Positions 56,233 through 64,000 of a DNA stretch of 64,000 nucleotides are shown here, in pieces; the first letter of the stretch is position 1, and the number at the start of each line of letters is the position of its first letter. The stretch lies in NCBI GenBank assembly GCA_035530555.1, contig DATKUR010000006.1, positions 31,673-95,672 of the forward strand. The letters are read 5' to 3'. The stretch comes from Candidatus Humimicrobiaceae bacterium (GTDB taxonomy: Bacteria; Patescibacteriota; Minisyncoccia; Minisyncoccales; DG-74-1). The notes under the pieces were generated by a model. That model had not been told where the DNA came from. It saw nothing but the letters and a program-made list of their open reading frames with translations, and did no database searches. Position numbers and translations under genes: made by a program.

Positions 56233-56343
56233 GTTAACCGCTTACACAGAAAAGCTTACAAGCTTTTCTTAGCTGACCTCGCCTAAGCTTCTTTCTAAAA
56301 TACTTTGGCGGGGAAAAACAAAGAGTGAAAAAAAGCGGTTAAC
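56233..56343 (-). promoter_or_regulatory. structured 5' leader of speH (11-bp long-range helix enclosing smaller hairpins)
   Basis: gttaaccgctt (56233-56243) is the reverse complement of aagcggttaac (56333-56343). The 3' arm ends 10 nt before the ATG. The inner hairpin is gaaaagc-ttacaa-gcttttc. Confidence 0.45.
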
Positions 56344-56396
56344 GGATTAAAGCCTTATTTTTAATTTTCTTTGCTCCGAAAAATTTTTTAGTAAAA

Positions 56397-56708
56397 TCAG
56401 TGGCTTTTTTTCTCAAACAATCTGCAAGAAAAAATATTAATAAAGGCTCGGTTCCAGAGCTCGGAAAAATGACCGCTGAGCAAGCTCGTTTCTATCAGTT
56501 GGACTAAAGAATAACCTGCGGCGTGAGAATCGTCTAATGCAAACCTCTCACAAATTGGTTTACCATATCTCTTAATTTTTAGCAAGCTGCAAAGTTTTTT
56601 TGAGTATTGTAAGATTTTTTTCTTTGACCGGATAATTTTCGGGTCGCAATCCAACAAATCCAAAATTAATTCCTTCCCGTAAATTTTCTTTTTTATACTG
56701 CTAGACAT
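56397..56708 (-). CDS. AdoMetDC-related small protein (divergent paralog)
   Basis: 103-aa ORF with LIETSLLSGHFSE, which resembles the ES-H..H.PE proenzyme motif but has T-S at the cleavage position. Confidence 0.45.
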   Translation of the reverse strand: MSSSIKKKIYGKELILDLLDCDPKIIRSKKKILQYSKKLCSLLKIKRYGKPICERFALDDSHAAGYSLVQLIETSLLSGHFSELWNRAFINIFSCRLFEKKSH

Positions 56709-56754
56709 TTTGATTTAATAAATTTAATAACTTATCTTATAATAACGAGTCCGA

Positions 56755-56834
56755 ATAAAAAAAACAACCCCCCCATCACTTTTAAATCGAAACTTTTTAG
56801 ATTTCGTAACGGTTTCAAAAGTGATAGGGGGGGG
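56755..56834 (-). terminator. long-stem intrinsic terminator after the second tiny Lys-rich ORF
   Basis: The minus-sense sequence is CCCCCCCCTATCACTTTT...AAAAGTGATGGGGGGG followed by TTGTTTTTTTTATT. Confidence 0.65.
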
Positions 56835-56845
56835 TCAAGAAGATT

Positions 56846-56878
56846 CTATTTCTTCTTCTTCTTTCTTTTTTTTGCCAT
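56846..56878 (-). CDS. tiny ORF encoding MAKKRKKKKK (10 aa); coding status uncertain
   Basis: The ORF is atggcaaaaaaaagaaagaagaagaagaaatag. TTGACA/TTGTCA promoter-like boxes lie upstream and a strong terminator lies downstream. It is paralogous to 7458..7490. Confidence 0.25.
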   Translation of the reverse strand: MAKKRKKKKK

Positions 56879-57016
56879 GAGATTATTTTTTTTAAAGAAG
56901 ATTTGACAAATAGTCGACCGCTATTTACCTTTATTACTTTATTTTTTCACTTCAAGAAATTTTGTCAAGTGTGCATAACTCAAAAATTAAAAATTAAAAG
57001 TTAAAATTAAAAATTT

Positions 57017-57826
57017 CTAAGATAAATACTGTATTTCTTCTTTTAAGACGACCATAAACTTCTTTTTCACCGATTTTTTTACAAAACTTATTAATTTTTT
57101 GACATCTTGTGCCTTGGCATTTCCCAAATTGACAATAAAATTGGAATGTTTCTCAGAAATTTGAGTCTGGCCAATTTTTTTACCGGTCAAGCCGGCTTGA
57201 TGAATTAAAATTGCGGCTGGAATCTCTCCAACATTCTTAAAAATACTGCCCGCTGAGGGCAACCGCGGATGATGCTGCTTTCGGTAATCCAAATATTCTT
57301 TTATTTTTTTAGGATTACTCTTCCCTAATTTAATTTCTACCGAAAGAATGACTAAATTTTTTTTCTTTTTAAAAATACTGTTGCGATAACCGAATCGGCA
57401 ATCCTTATTTTTAAAAATTCTAATCTTCCCGTTTTTTGTGTCAAAAACCTCAACGGTTTTGACTGCATTTTCCATGGATTTTCCAAAAGCGCCGGCATTA
57501 CCGTAAACCGCTCCCTCAATAGTTCCCGGAATACCGGCCGCCCAATCCAACCCCTTGGAAACGTATAGAGACAACGATCTTCCAAATTTAATAACTACTC
57601 CTCGGTAACCTTTGTCAGAAACCAGCAGATTGCTGCCGCCGCCCAGGATAAAAAATGGCAGCTTCATTTTTTTTGCAAAATTTATCGCTCCTACTAATTC
57701 TTTTTTTGTCTTTGCTCCAAAGAAATATCTTGCCCTTCCGCCAATTCTAAAGGTAGTATGATTTCTTAGTAAAACGTTTTTTTGAAGTTTCATATTTAAA
57801 GGGCGGAGAAAAGAACTCCAATTCAT
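57017..57826 (-). CDS. murB: UDP-N-acetylenolpyruvoylglucosamine reductase
   Basis: An FAD-binding PCMH domain (HTTFRIGG, ILGGGSNLL) and SAGSIFKN. Confidence 0.85.
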   Translation of the reverse strand: MNWSSFLRPLNMKLQKNVLLRNHTTFRIGGRARYFFGAKTKKELVGAINFAKKMKLPFFILGGGSNLLVSDKGYRGVVIKFGRSLSLYVSKGLDWAAGIPGTIEGAVYGNAGAFGKSMENAVKTVEVFDTKNGKIRIFKNKDCRFGYRNSIFKKKKNLVILSVEIKLGKSNPKKIKEYLDYRKQHHPRLPSAGSIFKNVGEIPAAILIHQAGLTGKKIGQTQISEKHSNFIVNLGNAKAQDVKKLISFVKKSVKKKFMVVLKEEIQYLS

Positions 57827-57827
57827 A

Positions 57828-57977
57828 GAATTTAGTGAGTATCTCCGCCCAACTCCATATTAACAAAATAATGAAATAAAACAACACGCCTTGCTTAAGA
57901 AAGGCGTGCTGTCGAATAGGAGTCTTGGACTCACTAAATTCTGTTTTTATATTAGCAAATTAAATAATTTCTGTCAA
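57828..57977 (-). promoter_or_regulatory. murB leader: promoter (TTGACA-17 nt-TAATAT), 13-bp 5'/3' clamp and internal terminator-like hairpin
   Basis: The -35 box is at 57972-57977 and the -10 box at 57949-57954. The 5' arm GAATTTAGTGAGT (57941-57929) pairs with 57840-57828, which ends 1 nt before the ATG. CACGCCTT-tcttaagc-AAGGCGTG plus a T-rich tract lies at 57908-57868. Confidence 0.5.
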
Positions 57978-57991
57978 CCCCCTCCTAAAAT

Positions 57992-60106
57992 CTAATTAGG
58001 CGCAGGAACCAAGGACGTCGCCCATCCGGGATTAATTTCAATTGCTTCCTTAATTTTTCTTTCGGCTAGCTCATCATCTTCCATAATTTGGGCTATTCGA
58101 ACAACTATAAGATGAGACTGCAAAAGATTCGGCTCCAGCGTTACCGCTTTCTCGGCTAAAGAAAGGGCTTCATCAAATTTTCCCTGATAGAGCCGGGCTT
58201 GAGCTAATGACCAGTAGCCCTGCTGATTGGTCGGGCTAACTTCTATTGCTTTTTCCAGAACCCTTTCTGCTTGAGAAATTTTCGTCTGATCGATTAAAAC
58301 GGCGTAAGAATTATAAAGCTGACCCAATCTTAAATAAGAACGGAAGTCCAGCGGCGATTCTTTTACGCTTTTTTCCAGTTCTTCAATAACAAAATCAAGC
58401 TCTTTTTTGAAGTTTTCAGCCGACACTTGCCTTACCTGTTCGCTCTGGGCAAATTCCAGGGTGGTCTGGCCGAAGAATTCTCTTATCTGATATTTTCCCA
58501 AAGGAGAACTTTCCAAGGATTTTTTATATAAATCCAAGCGCTCCTCTGAGGCCGCCGGCGCCCTCAGGGCGGCAGTAGCACAGTAAGAAGTTTTCAGGGG
58601 TTGGATTATAAAGTAAATAAAGGCCGGGATAAATAAAATTAAAAATACGGAGAGAAACCAGGGCTTTGGAGAAATAAATTTTTCAGGAGCAGCCATTTCT
58701 CTTGGAGCGATCATACTAGCGATAAAGCCCAAAACCAAAAAGAACATCAAATAACTGGAAACCATATCAAAGACAGTCAAGTTCTGAACAGAATAAGCTA
58801 TTAAAACAACACTGAAAATTCCGGTTGTCCAAAAACTTACTCCCCTATCTGAAATTTTTATTTTTTGTGTATTATTTTCAAAATTATTTCCGAGAGATCT
58901 TTCGGAGTTATCCGAAGCAGACGAGGTAGACAGGGTAAAATATTTTTTCCATAAGAGATAAAAAATGGCCAGAAAAAGCCCGAGATAGCTTAGTATTCCC
59001 AAAATACCCGTGCTTACTAAGGTATCAAGAATAATGTTGTGAGCCCGGTCAAACCAAATCTCTCCCCCACATACCGGTAAAAACATACAAGGATTAAAAT
59101 TTTTAATAAAAACAAATTCAAAATTCTCCGGGCCCCAACCCAAAAGAGGTCTCTCCAAAAATCCATTCCAGGCCTTTTCCCAAACGACCAATCTGGCATA
59201 ACTCGCCTTCTCCACGAACCAATTGTGAATAAAGTTATCTGGCTGAAAAATATAAAAAGCACCTATTAAAAAAGCTATTAAAATTACCGCTAAGCTGATC
59301 TTACCTAAAATATTCAAGTAACGTTTTTGAATACCAAAGGACAAATAAAGTAAAAATAGCAAAGCTAATCCAGCCAGGATCGAATAAGTGGCCGCTCTGG
59401 CATTGATGGAAAATACAGCATAAAACATTATTACTGAAGCTACCGCAGAATAAATTTTAAAATACCTACTTTGCGAACTCAGAAATAACCAGAGGGCTAA
59501 GAAAATATTAAACAACAAATAAGTCCCTAAAAAAGAACTATTACCAATGGTCGCCCCGCCTCTCATGGCTGGGTTATCTGCGAAAAAAGCAATAAAACTC
59601 AAAATTAGCCCGATAAAAGTTGAAAGAAAAAAGATTTTGAACCAATCGGATTTTCGAAAAACCGAGGAGGTCACCAAGAAAAAAGCAAAAAGATGAAACC
59701 ACATTAAAAGACCAGTCATTCTTTCTGGTTTCGACCAGAAACTATAAGAAGGATTCTCGCCGAAAAGAGTACTTAGAGTCAGAATAAGTAAAAATACAAT
59801 TAGGGCAATTAATAAAGGATTTCTCCGAGGACGATATTGAGGGAAGTAAAAAATTAAAAACAGCCAGGTAAAGAAAATAACCTGAACAAGACCCATAAAA
59901 TATAAGCTTTTCGGGCTGACAAAGGGAAAGAAAAAACTCCCATTCATAATCAAGGGAGTAAATAAAGCTAAGCAAGTCATTGTTGCAATAATAAAAAGGC
60001 ATAGTCCTTCCAGGTGAGTTTTGGGCCTAAGCTGTCTTTCTCTTTGGTCCTCACCAAGACTTTGACTGGCAAACCTCTCTCTTTTTTCTCTAGATCTTTT
60101 CCCCAT
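57992..60106 (-). CDS. O-antigen ligase/polymerase-like polytopic membrane protein with C-terminal TPR repeats
   Basis: 704-aa ORF with more than 10 TM helices, then TPR-like repeats (YWSLAQARLYQGKFDEALSLAEKAVTLEPN). Confidence 0.55.
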   Translation of the reverse strand: MGKRSREKRERFASQSLGEDQRERQLRPKTHLEGLCLFIIATMTCLALFTPLIMNGSFFFPFVSPKSLYFMGLVQVIFFTWLFLIFYFPQYRPRRNPLLIALIVFLLILTLSTLFGENPSYSFWSKPERMTGLLMWFHLFAFFLVTSSVFRKSDWFKIFFLSTFIGLILSFIAFFADNPAMRGGATIGNSSFLGTYLLFNIFLALWLFLSSQSRYFKIYSAVASVIMFYAVFSINARAATYSILAGLALLFLLYLSFGIQKRYLNILGKISLAVILIAFLIGAFYIFQPDNFIHNWFVEKASYARLVVWEKAWNGFLERPLLGWGPENFEFVFIKNFNPCMFLPVCGGEIWFDRAHNIILDTLVSTGILGILSYLGLFLAIFYLLWKKYFTLSTSSASDNSERSLGNNFENNTQKIKISDRGVSFWTTGIFSVVLIAYSVQNLTVFDMVSSYLMFFLVLGFIASMIAPREMAAPEKFISPKPWFLSVFLILFIPAFIYFIIQPLKTSYCATAALRAPAASEERLDLYKKSLESSPLGKYQIREFFGQTTLEFAQSEQVRQVSAENFKKELDFVIEELEKSVKESPLDFRSYLRLGQLYNSYAVLIDQTKISQAERVLEKAIEVSPTNQQGYWSLAQARLYQGKFDEALSLAEKAVTLEPNLLQSHLIVVRIAQIMEDDELAERKIKEAIEINPGWATSLVPAPN

Positions 60107-60216
60107 AATGCTTTTATTTTATTATATTACCTTGATTGAATCAAGATTTTACTCAAAATCTTCCAATTATTTTTCAGGAAAGAATAAATAAGACCTATTT
60201 TTTAATTTTTAAAAAA

Positions 60217-61041
60217 TTAGGCCCGCCGGCCAGAAGTCTGGCGTTTTTTATATAGATATTCTTCTAAAAATTTTGGCTTTGGAATATAAGTATAGAAAAG
60301 TTTAAGATAATTTTTAAAAAGAGCTTTTTTATAATGAGGGTATTTATTTCTATAAGAATGAATGATAGAAATAAAGACTTTAGTTCTAGACCTACGAATC
60401 TCGGCTATGTTATTTTTTAAAGATGGGGTTCTGTACTTAATTAAATATTCTGGTAAATTATAAAACTTTCCGATAGTACCTAATTTTAACCACAAATCAA
60501 AATCCTCATCTTCAGGTAATGTATCATCGTAGCCACCAAACTTCATTGCAGCATCAATCAAAAACATCACACTAGAATGAATAAACGGATTTCGGGATAG
60601 AATGCACTGGCGAATTTCTTCATCTTTTTCTGGAGGTAGATATCTATAGAGTTCTTTGCCATCTCTATCAACAAATATCGCTCCACTCCCCATTAATAGA
60701 TATTCAGGGTTTTTTTCTAAAAACTTAACTTGTTTTTCTAATTTTTGAGGGCCCCAAATGTCATCATCATCAATCCGAGCAACGTATTTTCCCCCGGACT
60801 TTTTTAGCCCTTGATTCAAGCATTTGCGGAACCCCAGTTTTACTCCGTTCTCAAAATATTTAATCCTTGGATCTTTCTGGACATAATTATTAATAATTTT
60901 TTTAGTGCCTTTATCTATCGGAGGGTCTGTAATAATCAATAACTCCCAATCCTTAAAAGTCTGTTCTGATACACTCTTAATTGCTTCGGGAAGAAAAGTG
61001 GGCCTGTCATGGGTAGACAAAATAATACTTATTGTGGGCAT
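60217..61041 (-). CDS. family 2 glycosyltransferase
   Basis: ISIILSTHDRPTFLPEAIKSVSEQTF and DDDD-type motifs. Confidence 0.8.
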   Translation of the reverse strand: MPTISIILSTHDRPTFLPEAIKSVSEQTFKDWELLIITDPPIDKGTKKIINNYVQKDPRIKYFENGVKLGFRKCLNQGLKKSGGKYVARIDDDDIWGPQKLEKQVKFLEKNPEYLLMGSGAIFVDRDGKELYRYLPPEKDEEIRQCILSRNPFIHSSVMFLIDAAMKFGGYDDTLPEDEDFDLWLKLGTIGKFYNLPEYLIKYRTPSLKNNIAEIRRSRTKVFISIIHSYRNKYPHYKKALFKNYLKLFYTYIPKPKFLEEYLYKKRQTSGRRA

Positions 61042-61061
61042 ATTAGTAAAAAATAAAAAAC

Positions 61062-61718
61062 TTAGTTTTTGGAAGCAATCAGATAATTAGCAAAACCGGT
61101 AATATCATAAAATATACCGGCATCAACACGCTTTAATCTAAATAATGAACCTAAAATATATACTGGCAGGAAAACAATTCTCTTTACTGATCTTCTGACG
61201 CCTGATTTAATAATGGAAAGTTCATTTTTTTTCAAAAAATCTTCTATATTCTTAAGGGGATATATTTTAATATGAGTCGGGTCGCTATAAAAATTCAGGC
61301 CTATTCCCAAGTTTGGTAAACGAGTACTCCAGGGCGAGGGAGTTTCAACGTAAATTATTCCTCCTTTTTTAAGTTTTGGGAGCAAACTTAAAAGGACATC
61401 TTTGCCATCTTTCAGGTGCTCAATAGTATGGCTAAGAATTAAGCAATCAAAAAACTCATCTGGAATTATATCTAATCTCTTTAAATTAGAATTAAGATCC
61501 ACTTCGTAAAAAGCTTCCATAGCTTTAAAATCCTCGGGGCTATTCTTATAGTTTTTGTCTCTATCTAATCCGTAATACTTACAGCTTGGATAATATTTTT
61601 TTGTCCTTGACGCCGAGTGATTCCCACAACCAATATCCAATACTCTAGCCGATGGCTCGGAGAGCCATTTATTAAGCAAATCATATCTTACCGGTTTTTC
61701 TAAATATTTTCCCAGCAT
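61062..61718 (-). CDS. class I SAM-dependent methyltransferase
   Basis: VLDIGCGN motif I. Confidence 0.7.
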   Translation of the reverse strand: MLGKYLEKPVRYDLLNKWLSEPSARVLDIGCGNHSASRTKKYYPSCKYYGLDRDKNYKNSPEDFKAMEAFYEVDLNSNLKRLDIIPDEFFDCLILSHTIEHLKDGKDVLLSLLPKLKKGGIIYVETPSPWSTRLPNLGIGLNFYSDPTHIKIYPLKNIEDFLKKNELSIIKSGVRRSVKRIVFLPVYILGSLFRLKRVDAGIFYDITGFANYLIASKN

Positions 61719-61720
61719 TT

Positions 61721-62902
61721 TTATTTTTCTAATAATTCCTCATATATTTTTTCATACCGGCAGGCTGTCTCATTGATGGTAAAGTATTTTTCGAATCGGC
61801 TGCGAGCATTATTTGTCATTTTTGAGGCAATTTCAGGATTTTTATAAATTTTAATAATAGCTTCGGCTAAAGCTTGAGGATTTTGGGACGGGACTAAAAT
61901 ACCCGAGATGCTATCTTCAATTATTTCTGGAACCCCGCCCACTCTGGTAGCAACAACAGGTATCCTTAATGCCATAGCTTCTAATAAAACTGCCGGTAAT
62001 CCCTCGGTTAAGGAAGGCAGGACTATTAAATTAAAGACTTGGTAAGCGTCTGCTATATTCTCCACATAATCACAAAATATTACATGATTTTGTAAATTCA
62101 GAAATTTAACCTGATTCTCCAGATTATTTTTTGATGGCCCCTTACCGATAATTAGAAATTTTACTTCAGGATAATCTTGAACTATTATTTTAGCAGCTTT
62201 AATAAGAACAGAAAGACCCTTCCGAGGCTTCAAATTAGCCAATGTTCCTATTATAAAATTGTTTGAGTGTAAACTAAGATTTTGAAAGAGTTTTTCTCTA
62301 CCCAAATTACTCTTTTTTAACGAATTTTCATTGATGCCGCTATAAATAACCCTTATTTTTCTTTCTGGAAAACTGAGGCATAAAAGGCCTTCTTTCGCAT
62401 TTTTGGAAATCGCTACTATAATATCCTCGCCAAAAAAAGAAAATATCCAGCGAAAAAAATTCATAATACCGCCGATTACCTGCCCGTAATCTAAAGGGAT
62501 ATCTTGCGTAGGATTATGAAGAACAGTAGCTAAAATGCCTTTGCATTTTGCAATTTTTCCTGCCAAGCTTCCGTAAATTTCGGGTCTGAATCCAAAATTG
62601 TGCAGAATATCAATTCCTTCATCCTTTATAATACGGCTTAGCTTCAAAATTACTGATAAGTCAAACAGGAAAAGCATATCAAGCTCGATTACTTTAATAC
62701 CTTCTCTTTCTGCTTCTTCCTTTGCCAAAGAATCCGCCTTTCGCATACTGCAAATAATAGGATCGAATTTTGAACGATCTAACGATTTGGTAAGATTTAA
62801 AACTCCCCTGCCGGGGCTGACAATATTTAAAGTTGGAAGCAAAAAGAGAATTTTTATTTTTCCTGATTCTCTTTTCATTTTTCTACGTTTTTTTGAACCC
62901 AA
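61721..62902 (-). CDS. GT-B fold glycosyltransferase (family 4/1)
   Basis: C-terminal EGLPAVLLEAMALRIPVVATRVGG. Confidence 0.8.
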   Translation of the reverse strand: MGSKKRRKMKRESGKIKILFLLPTLNIVSPGRGVLNLTKSLDRSKFDPIICSMRKADSLAKEEAEREGIKVIELDMLFLFDLSVILKLSRIIKDEGIDILHNFGFRPEIYGSLAGKIAKCKGILATVLHNPTQDIPLDYGQVIGGIMNFFRWIFSFFGEDIIVAISKNAKEGLLCLSFPERKIRVIYSGINENSLKKSNLGREKLFQNLSLHSNNFIIGTLANLKPRKGLSVLIKAAKIIVQDYPEVKFLIIGKGPSKNNLENQVKFLNLQNHVIFCDYVENIADAYQVFNLIVLPSLTEGLPAVLLEAMALRIPVVATRVGGVPEIIEDSISGILVPSQNPQALAEAIIKIYKNPEIASKMTNNARSRFEKYFTINETACRYEKIYEELLEK

Positions 62903-63891
62903 AAATAGGTTCTTTTTAATCCTTCCTCCAGACTTACTTCTGGTTCCCAGTTTAACAATTGCCTGGCTCTGGTTATGTCTGCCGTCCGGGAAATGGGCCC
63001 AACAGGTTTTGTTGTATCATACCTCGATTCAATATTTTTCCCCGAAATCTTAATCACTTCTTTGGCTATTTCTCTAATTAAACTTCCTTTACCGGAGCCA
63101 ATGTTAACGGTAAGAGGATAATTTTCTGAGATTTTCTCTTCCATTCTAATCAAGCTTTTGACGCAGTCTTCAACATAAACATAGTCTCTACTTTGTCTTC
63201 CATCTCCCCAGATCACAAATTCTTTCTTGGGATAATTGATCGCTTTGCGGATTAAATCAGAGATGGCATGAGATCTCTCGTCTAGAGGCTCGTTTATACC
63301 ATAAGCATTAAAAATTCTGACTATTCCCATCCTTGTCTCTTTCATTAAATTAAGCTGAATTTCTGCCAAGAGTTTTGCCAAGCCGTAACCGCCGTCGGGA
63401 TTGATGGAAGTTTTGAATTTAAACCTTGGATCTTTTACTATTGATTCCACCGCCAGTTCGTCCTCGATAAATAAAGCGTCTGATGAAAACTGTTTATCCA
63501 AAGGATAAACGGCCGAACTTGAGGTGTATATTATTTTTTTTATTTCTTTCTCTACACAGGCGCGAAAAACGTTAGCATCAATAGCTAAGTTTTCTTGAAG
63601 AGTTAAAAGCTCGGCAGCCTCACTACCATGAAGGTACCTTATTCCTCCAATGCGAGCTGCCAGATGAAAAATAATATCGCCGTCCTTTAAAGCATCTGCT
63701 GTTTGATGGTAATCAGTAAGATCTATTTTTCTTACTTCGAAATCAGAAGGTTCAAGCCCTAAACTCGATAAATTTTCCATACTTCCCGAAGAAAAATCAT
63801 CTACAATAACTACTTTTCTGCCCCCTTCTATAAGTTTTTTTACCAAATGACTTCCTATAAAACCGGCGCCACCGGTAACTATAGTTTTCAT
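62875..63891 (-). CDS. NAD-dependent sugar epimerase/dehydratase (SDR family)
   Basis: VTGGAGFIGSHL, and a YGLAK catalytic Tyr-x3-Lys. Confidence 0.85.
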   Translation of the reverse strand: MKTIVTGGAGFIGSHLVKKLIEGGRKVVIVDDFSSGSMENLSSLGLEPSDFEVRKIDLTDYHQTADALKDGDIIFHLAARIGGIRYLHGSEAAELLTLQENLAIDANVFRACVEKEIKKIIYTSSSAVYPLDKQFSSDALFIEDELAVESIVKDPRFKFKTSINPDGGYGLAKLLAEIQLNLMKETRMGIVRIFNAYGINEPLDERSHAISDLIRKAINYPKKEFVIWGDGRQSRDYVYVEDCVKSLIRMEEKISENYPLTVNIGSGKGSLIREIAKEVIKISGKNIESRYDTTKPVGPISRTADITRARQLLNWEPEVSLEEGLKRTYFWVQKNVEK

Positions 63892-63896
63892 ATATA

Positions 63897-64000
63897 TTAT
63901 TTATTTTTCTGTAATATTCTCTGGCAGGCGATTCTGACAGCTTCATCGGAACTGTGCTTTGGCTGCCAGCCGAGTTCTTTCATTTTATCAATGCTAAAAT
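63897..64000 (-). CDS. C-terminal end of a second epimerase/dehydratase-like gene (partial, runs off the window)
   Basis: The frame reads ...SIDKMKELGWQPKHSSDEAVRIACQRILQKNK*, a typical SDR epimerase C-terminus. Confidence 0.55.
   Translation of the reverse strand, partial: FSIDKMKELGWQPKHSSDEAVRIACQRILQKNK

Noticed and set aside
57828-57945. SRP RNA or 6S RNA for the murB-upstream hairpin domain
   Set aside because: The 5'/3' pairing is suggestive, but the conserved SRP domain IV motifs are absent and the length (about 115 nt) and internal structure do not fit 6S. It is kept only as an unclassified leader or sRNA.

Overview
AT-rich, gene-dense window with almost every gene on the minus strand. 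The content looks like a reduced-genome, CPR/Patescibacteria-like bacterium; that assignment is inferred from gene content only, since no search was run. Most of the window is housekeeping. It carries unlinked 23S and 16S rRNA genes separated by tRNA-Ile, tRNA-Ala and three protein genes. It also has translation factors (tsf, rpsB, rpmE, prfA, prfB with +1 frameshift, lepA), a central-carbon cluster (archaeal-type FBP aldolase/phosphatase, ppsA, acs, gap, gpmA, eno, pgk), division and envelope genes (ftsZ, ftsEX, ftsB-like, murJ, murB), secDF/secA, metK, speE/speH, RNase P RNA and a glycosyltransferase cluster. The exception is a tRNA-Gln-flanked accessory region at about 28.1-32.4 kb. There I find, by direct alignment, a diversity-generating retroelement (DGR) signature. 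A 130-bp noncoding template repeat (30629-30758) matches the last 43 codons of a GC-rich 288-aa ORF (variable repeat 31168-31297). All 17 mismatches fall where the template has adenine in the coding sense, and none falls at a non-A position. The locus is incomplete in cis: I recognise no reverse transcriptase in the window, and only the C-terminal half of an Avd-like gene remains, on the opposite strand. The island is also punctuated by three direct copies of a tRNA-Gln trailer repeat. Other points worth a second look: the 16S 3' tail lacks the CCUCC anti-Shine-Dalgarno while most genes lack SD motifs; two tiny Lys-rich ORFs sit between a consensus promoter and a terminator; several structured repeat families and start-codon-occluding leaders recur; and a tRNA-like half element lies between tRNA-Ile and tRNA-Ala. 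Everything was done by eye from the sequence and the ORF track. No database search or folding program was run, and coordinates of RNA ends and motifs are approximate to a few nt.
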